From: a virus
Taxonomy: Duplodnaviria; Caudoviricetes
Strand: one strand, 5' to 3'
DNA length: 64,000 bases
IMG/VR virus record: IMGVR_UViG_3300033121_001593
Location: 79,319-143,318 of that record
Numbering within the stretch: the first letter of the stretch is position 1; each line of letters opens with the position of its first letter. The translations under genes and the position numbers were made by a program. Of the stretch, positions 1 through 9,837 are shown piece by piece. The notes under the pieces are model-generated. The model saw only the letters and a list, made by a program, of their open reading frames with translations. It did no database searches and was not told the DNA's origin.

Positions 1-297
1 CAGGACCTTCATCCCGACCACCGCGCCGGTGGCGGTACACGCGCCCGCGCCGTTGCGCCCGTCGAAGGAGATCGTCTTGATCCCGGTCAGGACGGCGCGC
101 AAGTTTGCGGCGGTGATAGCGCGGGCGGTGTCAGTCCCGGTCTGCGCCTCAGCGTTCGTCGCAAGCTCGACCTTGCCCTTGGTTGTGGCGTCGGCATCGA
201 CCGTAGTGCCCAGGCTATCCACCAGATCGGTGTTGTGGTCAAACGGGTCGGTATGCCCGTGCTGCGCCTTGAGAGCCGCAGAAGATTTGTTAGCCAT
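1..297 (-). CDS. Virion structural protein (head fibre/decoration-like), 3' end runs off the window
   Basis: ATG at 297 with a purine-rich SD. Translation MANKSSAALK...DATTKGKVELATNAEAQTGTDTARAITAANL contains a phage fibre repeat-like motif. Lies directly downstream of the capsid gene. Confidence 0.6.
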   Translation of the reverse strand, partial: MANKSSAALKAQHGHTDPFDHNTDLVDSLGTTVDADATTKGKVELATNAEAQTGTDTARAITAANLRAVLTGIKTISFDGRNGAGACTATGAVVGMKVL

Positions 298-390
298 GAC
301 TTTTCCTTTCCCTTGAGAGGGTGCCGCCTACCGGGGGGATTAACGCCCCCCGGTCAGACCAGCTTAGGTAAGCGCCGCCTGGTCGGGAGC

Positions 391-1362
391 CTAAGCCCCG
401 GTGATATGGCAGACGCCCAGATTGCCCGCGTAGTCCTGCTTGAGCCGCGGGGCCATCACCATCATGACCTTGAAGAAAAGCTCCTCGCCGTCCGGGGCAA
501 CCCACTCGCGGTTTTCGACCGTGCCGGCCTGGACCAGATCGATCACGTCCGAAGTCATCTGCACCAGGACAATGACGCCATCGCTCAGGAAGTCGGAGGG
601 CTGGACGCTTGCGATCTGCGGCAGATCGAGCACGGCATCCAGCGCCTTCTGGCCGGAGCCGTCCGTGTAGCGGGCCAGCATCTGAATGTACTGGGTCCCG
701 GCTGCGTAGACGCTGAACGGGCCATGATAGCGGTTAGCCGCCATGGCGGAGATTGCGCCCAGGAACGTCGGCAGAATGTTCGAGATTGTGCCGAAGTCAC
801 CACCGCCGAAGTTGGCGGCGGTATCGGTCTTGCGCGCGCCGTGGGTGGTCAGGCCGTAGATGGTCGAACCGCTGACCACGATCCCGCTAGAGCCGTTGAA
901 GACCATGGTCTCGGCGCTCTCGATCACGGCGGAAGCAGCCGCGGCGGCCTCGGTCGTGTCCAGGCTCGCGCCCAGCGTGCGGCTGGCCAGCAGCTCGCGC
1001 CGGCCGATGGAGTAGGCGTCATGGATGATCGGCACAGGGACGCCAAACGTCTGCTTGTCGGTGCGGTCACGGTTCGACCGGGTCCGACCGTCCATCGAGA
1101 CGGTGGCAGCCGTGCGCTCGCTGGCCACACGCCACTGTGAGAGCATGTTAGCCAGGGTTGTTTCCTGCGTCAGGCCGGCGGCCCGCAGATCGGCAACGAT
1201 GTTCAGGCGCAGTTTTGCGCGCTGAATGACGGCGGCGTCCAGGACAGCCCACTCGGCTTGGGTTAGCTGCGAGTTGGTGATGAGGCCGGTGCGCTGATCG
1301 ATCAGGGGCCGCTTGGTGTTGGTGGAGAAAGCGAGGGCGTCCTCGCCCATCAAAATGGTCAT
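391..1362 (-). CDS. Major capsid protein (HK97 fold, Linocin_M18/encapsulin-like family)
   Basis: 323 aa; VPVPIIHDAYSIGRRELLASR, IYGLTTH and C-terminal MAPRLKQDYAGNLGVCH motifs; AAGGAG SD; follows the protease and decoration genes. Confidence 0.85.
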   Translation of the reverse strand: MTILMGEDALAFSTNTKRPLIDQRTGLITNSQLTQAEWAVLDAAVIQRAKLRLNIVADLRAAGLTQETTLANMLSQWRVASERTAATVSMDGRTRSNRDRTDKQTFGVPVPIIHDAYSIGRRELLASRTLGASLDTTEAAAAASAVIESAETMVFNGSSGIVVSGSTIYGLTTHGARKTDTAANFGGGDFGTISNILPTFLGAISAMAANRYHGPFSVYAAGTQYIQMLARYTDGSGQKALDAVLDLPQIASVQPSDFLSDGVIVLVQMTSDVIDLVQAGTVENREWVAPDGEELFFKVMMVMAPRLKQDYAGNLGVCHITGA

Positions 1363-1406
1363 AGTTGACTCCTTGTCAGATTAGAACGTAGGGCGTGACG
1401 CGCCTG

Positions 1407-1874
1407 CTAGGCGATCATGACACGGCAGCGATGCACGCTGCCGTCGCCGGTGACGGTGTCCAGGGCAACGCCCACGACCGCTCCGGTGACAATGGACGCG
1501 CCCATTGTGAGGGCTTTGAGCAGGCCGGCGGCGTTCGAGCCAAGCGGCGTGACTCCGGCGACGGTGCTCTCGCCGATCGCCAGAACCATGTAAAGCACGT
1601 CACCCGGCGCGGCGACCGTGTAGTACACAGTATCGCCGTTGGCATACGCCACGTCGATGGTCTTCGAAGACGCGCTATCAGCGGTCGGAGACTCGACGGC
1701 CACCAGGGTGGGCTTGGCAAGGCCGGAGTCGGTGTTGTGCGTCACGACCGCGCCGCTGCTGATCTCCAGGAGATAGCCGGGCAAGATCGAAGCCTCGCCG
1801 GCCAGGCGCTCCTGACGGTTGACGCCATCGAGAGCCGACTGGATCACGATGGTCTTGTAGGTAGTATCTGCCAT
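1407..1874 (-). CDS. Head decoration/cement protein
   Basis: 155 aa, beta-rich (ILPGYLLE...YANGDTV), between the protease/scaffold and capsid genes. Confidence 0.7.
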   Translation of the reverse strand: MADTTYKTIVIQSALDGVNRQERLAGEASILPGYLLEISSGAVVTHNTDSGLAKPTLVAVESPTADSASSKTIDVAYANGDTVYYTVAAPGDVLYMVLAIGESTVAGVTPLGSNAAGLLKALTMGASIVTGAVVGVALDTVTGDGSVHRCRVMIA

Positions 1875-1935
1875 GTTAAAAGCCTCCGGTGAAGTTGGCC
1901 GGCAATGCCGGCATCAAAAGAATGAGCCGGCCGGC

Positions 1936-4053
1936 CTACAGCGCCGGCATCGGAATTTCGACGATCATCGAGCCGCCCGCCGGCACCCGACCATTCGGCC
2001 GCGGCCGCCCGCCGAAATCGACGGACTCCAGCGAATCCTCCAACAGGCGCAGGTTCTCGGTCGAAAACGTCGCCAGTTGGTCGGGCGTAAAGGCGCAGCG
2101 GTGGTTTGCCGCCAGCGCCGCGATCAGGCTCGCCCGCTCGGCCTGGGCGTTGGCCTGGACGTTGTTCAAGGCCGCGATCAGGCCGGCCACCCCGCCGAAC
2201 TGACGGACAGCCGTCAGTAGCTCGGCAAGCTCGGACTCGTTGGTCGCTACGGGCGCTACGGCGGGCGCTACGGCCTCTTGGGCAGCCGGAACGGCTACGG
2301 GGGCCGGCACAGCCGTTTCGACCGGCACGGCGGGCGCTACGGCCTCTACGGGAACTTCGGTGACGTTGGAGACGGGGGCGGTGACTTCGCTCTCCATGCC
2401 GGGCATGAGCAGCACGTCGCCCGCCGCGGTCACTCCAAGATCGGCGGCCATCACCTTGAGATCGTCAAGCGTCATGGCCTCCAGGACGGCGCGCTCGCAC
2501 TGGCAGTCGGCATTTGCCAGCAGCGCCTCGATCAACTGGCGTCGGTCGTTCATGGTTTCGTCTTCTCCGTTTTCGGCGAGAACTCCCTCGCCAGGGGGTT
2601 GGGATTCGTCCGCCGATTCGGCGGCGGCTTCGAAGGCGGCGGGCACAGGCACAGGCTCCTCCGGGGGATCGGTGACGGGGGCCTCGGTGACGGGGGCCGG
2701 GTGCGCCTCGCGCGCCAGGGTCAACATTGCGGTGAGATCGGCATAGGTGATGAAACGCTCCGCCGTCACGGCGGACTCGTTGACGGCCTCGGCCAGCGGA
2801 TCGGCGGGGGCGGTGCGCATTTCGCCGGCCAGGTTGAAGACGATCTGATCCTGCCCGACCGTCACGCCCAGATGCGAGAAGGCCGCGCGGCCGGCCGGCG
2901 TGATCGCCGGGGTCGCCTCACCAGCCGGCAGATAGGCCAGGATCAGGTGCATGGCCTGAACGTCGATCTCCGGGGCTTCTTCCTCGTCCCCGCCATAGGC
3001 GAAGTAGCCCAGGTACTCGCCCAGGTCATAGGCCCAGCGTTGGATGGCCTGGCCGCCCAGCGTCAGGTAAAGCACGTCCATGGCCTCGCCGGTGATCAGC
3101 CGGCCAAAGCCGGTGATCTGCGCCGCCATAACGGCCGTCGAACGGGCGACATAGGCTAGCTCGCTCGAAAGGAACTGCAGGGCGTCGCTGCCGCGGTAGG
3201 TCAGAAGCGGCACGCTCAGGCCCGCCGGTTCCAGGACAATCGAGCCAGGGGGCAGGTCGCCCGGCGAAAGGGCCAGGGCGGCGGCGCTTTCGTCGGCAAG
3301 GAACAGGGCCACGGTGGCAAGGCGCTCGTCATTCGTCTCCACCACGTCGACGGCCTCAAGCTCCGCGACGGCCTCAAGCTCGGCCTCGTCCGGGGTGATA
3401 CCAAAGAAGTCGGCTAGCGCGGCCATCAGCCGCTGGCCAACCGACGCGTTTACCGCGGGCATAGGGCTTGTCGGTTTCGTCATACTTTTCTCCTGTCGAA
3501 AATTAGTTCGGGGGACACCGCAGCCGTCGGCCCAGTTGCAGGCTCCCTCAGCCGTAGGTAGCAGGGCCAGGTGATCGGGCCGAATATTGCGGGCGATAGT
3601 CTGATAGCGCCGGCCTTCGTGCGCCCCATTCGCCCGCTCGACATCCCGAAAGTAACCGGTCGATACTTCACAGCCGCCGCCGTCAACGATCTGGCTCAGG
3701 ACCATATCGCCCGCGTCGCCGAACTGCTCCAGCCGGTCCAGATCGATCCATACGTCACCCTTGAGTCGCCCATCCTCGAAGCGCACGTCGTACAGCCGAC
3801 CACAGGCGAAGGCGTCCAGCGCCTCAAGCGACCGGGCCGAAATGTACTCGCGCCCGTCGTGCGGGTGACCAATCGTAACCGGCGAGTCGTTCCAGACCGG
3901 CGTATAGCGGCCGATCTCGTCGGCAAGCACTAGCTCGCCGTTGAGCACGCCCGGCACCAGCGCCACAACAGGGGCCACCAGCCACTCGCGCCCGTCGCGC
4001 TCACAACGGGTGGCACCAGCAATATTCGTGCGTTGGACGGTGAGACCGATCAA
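1936..4053 (-). CDS. DUF2213 prohead protease/scaffold fusion with an internal degenerate 2H-phosphoesterase-like domain
   Basis: N-terminal PVTIGHP, EVSTGYF, RNIRPDHLALLP, GACNWADGCG motifs; acidic and Pro-Ala-Val-rich scaffold-like C-terminus; TTG start with GGAG SD. Confidence 0.8.
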   Translation of the reverse strand: MIGLTVQRTNIAGATRCERDGREWLVAPVVALVPGVLNGELVLADEIGRYTPVWNDSPVTIGHPHDGREYISARSLEALDAFACGRLYDVRFEDGRLKGDVWIDLDRLEQFGDAGDMVLSQIVDGGGCEVSTGYFRDVERANGAHEGRRYQTIARNIRPDHLALLPTAEGACNWADGCGVPRTNFRQEKSMTKPTSPMPAVNASVGQRLMAALADFFGITPDEAELEAVAELEAVDVVETNDERLATVALFLADESAAALALSPGDLPPGSIVLEPAGLSVPLLTYRGSDALQFLSSELAYVARSTAVMAAQITGFGRLITGEAMDVLYLTLGGQAIQRWAYDLGEYLGYFAYGGDEEEAPEIDVQAMHLILAYLPAGEATPAITPAGRAAFSHLGVTVGQDQIVFNLAGEMRTAPADPLAEAVNESAVTAERFITYADLTAMLTLAREAHPAPVTEAPVTDPPEEPVPVPAAFEAAAESADESQPPGEGVLAENGEDETMNDRRQLIEALLANADCQCERAVLEAMTLDDLKVMAADLGVTAAGDVLLMPGMESEVTAPVSNVTEVPVEAVAPAVPVETAVPAPVAVPAAQEAVAPAVAPVATNESELAELLTAVRQFGGVAGLIAALNNVQANAQAERASLIAALAANHRCAFTPDQLATFSTENLRLLEDSLESVDFGGRPRPNGRVPAGGSMIVEIPMPAL

Positions 4054-4071
4054 GGCGGTAACTCCGGGAAC

Positions 4072-4112
4072 AAAAAAGGCCGCTTACCGGGGGACGAATC
4101 CCGGTAAGCGGC
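4072..4112 (-). terminator. Intrinsic terminator in the head-operon leader
   Basis: GCCGCTTACCGGG stem and CCCGGTAAGCGGC followed by C and T6 on the minus strand, ~20 nt before the DUF2213 start. Confidence 0.75.
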
Positions 4113-4259
4113 ACTAAGGCACTATCCTCGTGAGCAGTCACCTCCCGTGGCCATTTAAGGCACTCCGGCTAGGCCGGCAGGGGTCACCGCTCACGTTTTG
4201 CTTTATAAGAGGCCACCTTCCCGCAGGGGGAAAGGCAGGAAGGCGGCCCGTTCGCGCTG

Positions 4260-4288
4260 ATACTAACAGATATCAGATAGCTTGTCAA
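4260..4288 (-). promoter_or_regulatory. sigma70-like promoter of the head operon
   Basis: TTGACA-17-TAGTAT on the minus strand. Confidence 0.55.
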
Positions 4289-4324
4289 GTTATAAACGAT
4301 AATCGGCGGGCGAATTCCGGCAGC

Positions 4325-4552
4325 CTATTCGCCTCCCCACGCGCCCGCGCTCTTGCCGGGCGGCCCGGTCGGCAGCGCCCCCAGGTCATCGGCCATCAGC
4401 GCCCACCAGTCGGCGATCGTGAACGGAACGTAGACGCTCCGCTTACGGTCATAGAACAGGATCACGCCATCCTTGAGCATGGCGACGAAAGCGCCATCGG
4501 GGGAAAGCAGCCGGCCCGCCTCGTCCACCCTCCAGCCGGTTCGGTGGGCCAT
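4325..4552 (-). CDS. Small hypothetical protein upstream of the head leader
   Basis: 75-aa ORF, co-oriented with the operon. Confidence 0.55.
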   Translation of the reverse strand: MAHRTGWRVDEAGRLLSPDGAFVAMLKDGVILFYDRKRSVYVPFTIADWWALMADDLGALPTGPPGKSAGAWGGE

Positions 4553-4562
4553 GCGTCACGGT

Positions 4563-4943
4563 CTACCGCCCTGGTGAATCGGCGATGGCGACGGAAGCGG
4601 CGGCGTTGATATCCTTGGCGATGGCGCGCGCCATACCCGCCACCATCACGGCGGGGAAGTAACGGGCGGCGTTTCCGCCATCATCGTCGGTCACCCGCTC
4701 CAGGTATCGCATGATCGATACCGCGACTTCCTCAGCCTCGACGTGGTACATCCGCTCGCCTTCTTCGGGGGCCGGCGTCCAAGTCAGGGTATTCGTGCCT
4801 GACGTACTGACGTGCCCGCTCGTGGCCGCCCGATACGCGGACGCCGCCGCATTATAGGCGTCGGACGTGCCGGGCCGCGCCTGACCGGATAGAATGCCGC
4901 CTATGACGGGGGCGTGCCCTTTGGGATCGGTGGAAGTAGTCAT
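4563..4943 (-). CDS. Hypothetical protein
   Basis: 126-aa ORF in the operon. Confidence 0.5.
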   Translation of the reverse strand: MTTSTDPKGHAPVIGGILSGQARPGTSDAYNAAASAYRAATSGHVSTSGTNTLTWTPAPEEGERMYHVEAEEVAVSIMRYLERVTDDDGGNAARYFPAVMVAGMARAIAKDINAAASVAIADSPGR

Positions 4944-4947
4944 TTCT

Positions 4948-5160
4948 TTAGCACCCGCAGGCTAGGTGGAATAGCCGGACACTAAGCCCGGCGGCGATGC
5001 CGACAATGGGCAGGAGCACCAGGATACCGACCGCCAGCACGGGGATACCCGCGCAGCCTGGTATGCTCGTGCGCTTCTCGGAGGGCGGTGATAGCGGTGC
5101 TAACGGCGCGCCCGAAGTCGTCTGCCATTGCACGGAGTCGTCGCTCGGTGGTTGCGTCAT
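4948..5160 (-). CDS. Small membrane protein
   Basis: 70 aa with a hydrophobic C-terminal helix (IPVLAVGILVLLPIVGIAAGLSV). Confidence 0.5.
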   Translation of the reverse strand: MTQPPSDDSVQWQTTSGAPLAPLSPPSEKRTSIPGCAGIPVLAVGILVLLPIVGIAAGLSVRLFHLACGC

Positions 5161-5345
5161 CGTTTTGGCCTTTCATCGTGAGGAGTATAAGCCCTTCCTC
5201 GATCTCGGCACGCTTTGCCGCGCGTGCCCGCTCCTGCTCGGCCTCGGCTAGAAGGGTGATTAGATGCCGGGCCTCCGGTATGCCGGCAGCCGCCGCGCCG
5301 GCCAGGATAGAGCCGGCCATTAGCTGCCGGCCGATTGGCGTCTCG

Positions 5346-6215
5346 TTAGGTTGCGATCTCATTTTGCCAGGTCTTCCCGGTGAAGCTCGACCGGTATTGT
5401 ATCTCGCAGGAGCAGGCGTTGAGGCATTGCCGGTCGCCTATGTCGATTAGCTCGCCCTGTGGCTGCCAGCCAAGCTCAGACATCCAAAGACAATCCTCGC
5501 AGTTTTCAGCGCCGCCCAGGATATTCATCTCCATGTCGTAGCCCCGCTTGAACATCTCACTCCCGGTAAGATGCCACCAAGCCTTGCGCAGGCTCTTTGG
5601 GTACTGGCCGACCCGCTGCCAGAAAAGGCCGTCGACCGGATACTCGGCGCTCTCCAGGGCCTGCGCGAAGCCGTCAAGGTACTCTAACTGAAAGTCTATG
5701 CCGACCTCGACCTCCGCCCAATCGCTGGCCTCCAGGGCGGCCCAGCCGCCCAGCACTAGCATAGCCGCCGTGCCGTGGCCCATCTTCACCGTTTCGGCCA
5801 TGGCCTCCTGCCACTGCCCGATGGTGATCTCGCCGGCCACCATGCGCTCGCTCTGCAGCCGGGCCTCAGCCTCCAAGGCCAGCCGCGCCGTATCCCGCGC
5901 GCCGTTCACCAGGCTCCACGATACGCCGCGGCCGTTTACGTCGAAATAGAAGCGGGTGGCGTCTGACCACGTAAACGGCGGGACCAGCGCCTGCTCGGCA
6001 AAGGCCGCCAGGGCGTCGTCGGCGACACTCGGCCCGCCTCGATTGGCGGCGGGTGCCGGCGTGCCCGGCAGCGCGCCAGAGGCGTGAATGAGCCAGGCCG
6101 GCGCGCCCGGTACATTCGCCGTATACCATTCGGTCAGGCGCACGATCTCCTGACCGTCGAACCTAGCCAGGCGCGTCCGATCAGCCGCGGCCCACCGACG
6201 CGCCCGGCCTTTCAT
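5346..6215 (-). CDS. Minor head morphogenesis protein (MuF/SPP1 gp7-like)
   Basis: Downstream of the portal; C-terminal CEDC...IGDRQCLNACSC motif. Confidence 0.65.
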   Translation of the reverse strand: MKGRARRWAAADRTRLARFDGQEIVRLTEWYTANVPGAPAWLIHASGALPGTPAPAANRGGPSVADDALAAFAEQALVPPFTWSDATRFYFDVNGRGVSWSLVNGARDTARLALEAEARLQSERMVAGEITIGQWQEAMAETVKMGHGTAAMLVLGGWAALEASDWAEVEVGIDFQLEYLDGFAQALESAEYPVDGLFWQRVGQYPKSLRKAWWHLTGSEMFKRGYDMEMNILGGAENCEDCLWMSELGWQPQGELIDIGDRQCLNACSCEIQYRSSFTGKTWQNEIAT

Positions 6216-6559
6216 GCGGCCTCGAAAGACCGCGTCCGTTCGTGCGGGGGCCGCCAGAGCGAACGCCAGACGCGCAGGCGCGAGAGGGTCGCCTCGCCGC
6301 CGCCGGCCCGAATACGGTCGATCAAGGCCGAGATAGCCTCAGCCTCCGTGTGGCCACGTACTGACATATTCTCCGCCAGCCGGGCCTCAACCATCGGGGC
6401 CTGGCCCGGCCTGGTGACAGGGGCCGCGATCAAAAGAACGTAGTACAGGCCCTTGCCCTTGTCCTCGCCGTCCTCGGCGACCGGCCTTTGAAAGGCGCTA
6501 GTATGGTGGGCGGATTGTCTGGACGGTGGGCGGTGGCCCGCTTGATTGGCTGTTCTCAT
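6212..6559 (-). CDS. Hypothetical protein
   Basis: Overlaps the portal end and is coupled to the MuF-like gene; start uncertain. Confidence 0.4.
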   Translation of the reverse strand: MRTANQAGHRPPSRQSAHHTSAFQRPVAEDGEDKGKGLYYVLLIAAPVTRPGQAPMVEARLAENMSVRGHTEAEAISALIDRIRAGGGEATLSRLRVWRSLWRPPHERTRSFEAA

Positions 6560-8093
6560 CGGTCTGCGCTTCTCCTTCAGGGGTTGGTGTCGTATCCGCC
6601 GGGGGGGGCGGTGGCTTGACGGGCGGCGGGGCCGCCCAGGCGGTGAGGGCCTTAGCCTCTTTCTCGGTAAAGCCGGCGACCAGGGCCGCGGCATAAAGCG
6701 ACGCGCCTGAGTCGGTCAGCGTCTTGGCGATACGCGCCAGCACGGAACGCAGGCCAAGCATCTCGACGGCGGCTTCCTTCGGCGCGCGCCCTTCGAGGCC
6801 CAGCCAGTCCCGGAACTCGGCCGGGCTGATATACACGTCGGGCGACGATCCGCTCGATACCGCCGATACAGCCCGCCCGCGGGCCTCGGCCAGGTCGGCG
6901 CGCTCAAGATCGGATAGCTCGATAATGGGCTTCCAGATTAGCTCGATCTCGTCAACATCAACCGCCGGCAGGATGCCATAGTCCACCAGGCGCTCGATCA
7001 TGGTACGCACCAGGGGGTCGGCGAACTGCCGGCGACGCTCCTTGATGACGCCCGCCCATTGGCGAGACTCCTCGGTCTTACCCACGTCGCCCCGGTCGCT
7101 GCCGATCAAGATCGAATAGGGGATTTGAGTCGTGGCGCAGATCAGCTTGACGGCGACGTTGAACAGAGCCGAAGGATCGATCACCTGCCCCGGTAGCTTT
7201 TCCAGATCGATCCCCTCGGTGCGGATCACGCGCCGCAGCCCGTTCAGGAAGTCGTCAATCGCCCCGGTTAGCTTCTCCTCGTCAGCGGTGGTAAGCTCGT
7301 AGCCTTCACGAACGTCGGCATGGAAGGTGCCGACCATATCATGCCAGACGGTTTCGGCCCCGCCGTGCACGACCTTCATTAGGGCCTCAAGCAGATTGTA
7401 ACATGCCTCCAGGCGGGGCGTCCCCATCACGTCGTCTTTCTCGCAGTCCTCGGCGACGTGGATCACGCGGGTCCAATGCGTCCGCATTTTCTCGCCCGCC
7501 GTATTGACCTCGTAGTATTCGGGCAGGTTATACCGCTCGCTCTCCCGGTTGGTGTCCAGCGCCTCGATCCTGGCGTCGATCTCATCATAGACCGCCAGAT
7601 AGACCAGATCGGCGGCAGTAGCATTCGCCGCCGCCTTGCGCTTCAGGGGTGACGGCCACGATCCCCGCCCCTTCATTCCCAGCACGATCACGGAGTACTG
7701 GCCCAGGCCGGCCCGCACGTCCGCCCGGCGCAGGCGCTCGTACAGGCGTACCCGTTTCGCCATCGAAGCCCAGGCCGCAAGGAAGGCGGCCTGCGCCGTC
7801 TCGCTCGTCGCGGCGTCTTCGACAAAGCGAAGCTCAGGATCATCCTTCCACGTCGCGCTCGGCTTGGCGGTGATGATCGGCCGGGCGATATCCTGCCGGC
7901 GATACTTGATCTCGAACTGTGCGAATGAGATATCGACCGGCAGGCCCAGGACGACGTTATAGTCTCTATCCCCGCCGAAAGCGGTCATCGACTGGCCGCC
8001 GCGCGACGTGAGTAACCGCCCCATCAGATCGGATAGGATGGCGATATCCTGCGGGGAATATCGGCCGCGCGGCGGCCTGGTATCAGCCGGCAT
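6498..8093 (-). CDS. Portal protein (DUF1073 family)
   Basis: 531 aa; YRRQDIARPII, HWTRVIH, GTPRLEACYN, TQIPYSILIG motifs; follows the terminase. Confidence 0.85.
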   Translation of the reverse strand: MPADTRPPRGRYSPQDIAILSDLMGRLLTSRGGQSMTAFGGDRDYNVVLGLPVDISFAQFEIKYRRQDIARPIITAKPSATWKDDPELRFVEDAATSETAQAAFLAAWASMAKRVRLYERLRRADVRAGLGQYSVIVLGMKGRGSWPSPLKRKAAANATAADLVYLAVYDEIDARIEALDTNRESERYNLPEYYEVNTAGEKMRTHWTRVIHVAEDCEKDDVMGTPRLEACYNLLEALMKVVHGGAETVWHDMVGTFHADVREGYELTTADEEKLTGAIDDFLNGLRRVIRTEGIDLEKLPGQVIDPSALFNVAVKLICATTQIPYSILIGSDRGDVGKTEESRQWAGVIKERRRQFADPLVRTMIERLVDYGILPAVDVDEIELIWKPIIELSDLERADLAEARGRAVSAVSSGSSPDVYISPAEFRDWLGLEGRAPKEAAVEMLGLRSVLARIAKTLTDSGASLYAAALVAGFTEKEAKALTAWAAPPPVKPPPPPADTTPTPEGEAQTDENSQSSGPPPTVQTIRPPY

Positions 8094-8335
8094 TAGGCCG
8101 CGTCCTCAGCCGCAGGCTCAGCGACCGCGGCCTGCTCGCCATCTGCGGCCAGGTCGATCAGCACACCGGCGGCCTTGGCGCGCTTCAAGCAGCGGTCAAG
8201 GATCACCATGGCCAGCTTGACATCGTCGTCCAGGTCAAGCTTGGCGAGCATCGCGCCGTCAACCTTCAGCGCCCGTGTCAGCAGGATCATCGCAACTTGT
8301 AAGCGCCACATCAGGAGTCTCTCCTTTAGCCCCAT
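8093..8335 (-). CDS. Hypothetical protein
   Basis: 80-aa ORF coupled between terL and the portal. Confidence 0.5.
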   Translation of the reverse strand: MGLKERLLMWRLQVAMILLTRALKVDGAMLAKLDLDDDVKLAMVILDRCLKRAKAAGVLIDLAADGEQAAVAEPAAEDAA

Positions 8336-9837
8336 GCGCCGGCCCGTTTCTTTTGAGCCGGCTTCTCTTGGGGGCAGAACACCATCACCACCGCGTCGCC
8401 CGCGTCCGGCGACCGCCCGATCCGCTTCTTGACTTCTTCCTTCTCCTCGATACGGATCAGCCCGCTCGAAGTGGTGCGCCACATCGGCGCAGTCAGGTCA
8501 CCGATCAGTTCGTCGTCGGGCGGGAGGGCGATATCCAGCCCCGTCTGCGGGTCCAGGGCCTCACGCATCGCCCACCAGGCCAGGCTGCGCCGGTTGAGAA
8601 AGCCTAGCTCGCCTGACTTGTCCTTAATGTCAGTGCGGGTTGAAGCGTTGAACGCATCGACCGTATAGCCTAGCTCACGCAGCCGATCTACCACGCCAGC
8701 GCCCATATTGAGCACGTCCACGACGGCGATACCGCGCTTCTGCGCCGTGAGCACACCGACCACGAAGCCGGTGGTTTGCATAGTATCCTGTTTTCGGAAA
8801 CGGCGCAACTCCGAAATAACGTTCTCGAAGCGTAGGGCTAGAATCGTGCTGTCCGCGCCATAGCGGGCCACGTCCACGCCCACGCCAAAGAACACCAGCA
8901 CGGGCTTCTCATCCTGCCAGGCGTACCACCGCTCGTTAGCCGCCTCGACCCAGGCCAGCGGGATCACGGCATCCTCCGAGCCTTCGCTGAAGTTGCCTAG
9001 CACGCGGTTCTGGAAGACGGGCGACGACTCGGTCCACTGCGTGCGGCGGGCCTCCACCCACTCGGCGCTGATCCGGCCGGCCGCCACCGCCTCCTCGACT
9101 TTGACGTGCCGCACCCACCAGTCACCATAGCCGGGCTTACGGGCCTGGATATCGTAGAAGCGGCCAGCCGGCCCGCCCGGCGTCGAGACGCACAGCCACC
9201 AGGCGTCGCCGGTGCTCATCGCGCCTTCGGCGGCGTCCCAGGTCTCAGAGGGTATCGTCTTGGACTCGTCAAAGATGTAGAGAATGTTATCGGCGTGCGC
9301 GCCTTCGATCAGGGCGGGCTGGTTCGAGGCCAGGGCGAACGCCTCGCCCGTCGCCAGCTTGAGCGAGAGCATCAGTAGCTCACGGCCTTCGGCCAGCGGG
9401 CCACGCCCGACCTTGGCCCAGTCCACGCGGCCGGCCCACTTGCGTATCTCCGGCCACAGGAACTTGGTTAGCTGCCGCCAGGCGCTCGCCGTGGTCGGCA
9501 CCTTCCAGTCCTCCCCGTCGCGCGTCAGGGCGAACCAGAGCACGATCCAGGCACAGAGGGACGACTTGCCGAGTCCATGGGGTCCGCGCACGGAGACGCG
9601 GCGGCGCTCCTGCAGCGCCGTCATGATCTCTAGCTGATAGGCGCTCGGCCCCTCGCCCTCGCCCCAGCGAAAGCAGTCGTGCACGAAGCCAGCGGGGTCA
9701 TTGCGATAGCGGGCCTTGAATTCGGCGCGCACCTCCTCATTCTGTGAGCCGGCCTTGGCGGTCTGGCGCTTGACGCGGCCCACTTGGGCGGGGGGCGCTT
9801 TGCGGTAAGCGGCGGCGACATGCTTATTCGTCGGCAT
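8326..9837 (-). CDS. terL: Terminase large subunit
   Basis: Walker A GPHGLGKS, Walker B YIFDES, STP coupling motif, RNase H-like GVDVARYGADST and SPDAGDA. Confidence 0.95.
   Translation of the reverse strand: MPTNKHVAAAYRKAPPAQVGRVKRQTAKAGSQNEEVRAEFKARYRNDPAGFVHDCFRWGEGEGPSAYQLEIMTALQERRRVSVRGPHGLGKSSLCAWIVLWFALTRDGEDWKVPTTASAWRQLTKFLWPEIRKWAGRVDWAKVGRGPLAEGRELLMLSLKLATGEAFALASNQPALIEGAHADNILYIFDESKTIPSETWDAAEGAMSTGDAWWLCVSTPGGPAGRFYDIQARKPGYGDWWVRHVKVEEAVAAGRISAEWVEARRTQWTESSPVFQNRVLGNFSEGSEDAVIPLAWVEAANERWYAWQDEKPVLVFFGVGVDVARYGADSTILALRFENVISELRRFRKQDTMQTTGFVVGVLTAQKRGIAVVDVLNMGAGVVDRLRELGYTVDAFNASTRTDIKDKSGELGFLNRRSLAWWAMREALDPQTGLDIALPPDDELIGDLTAPMWRTTSSGLIRIEEKEEVKKRIGRSPDAGDAVVMVFCPQEKPAQKKRAGAWG

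Noticed and set aside
235-1140. 301-aa plus-strand ORF and similar long shadow ORFs (e.g. 2278-3159, 29235-30239)
   Set aside because: They are antisense shadows of well-supported genes in high-GC DNA.
391-1362. Encapsulin nanocompartment/bacteriocin
   Set aside because: The terminase-portal-protease context shows it is the phage major capsid protein.
6498-8093. Anti-CBASS Acb1 call for the DUF1073 protein
   Set aside because: No HxT/2H domain is visible in this ORF; position and motifs indicate a portal.
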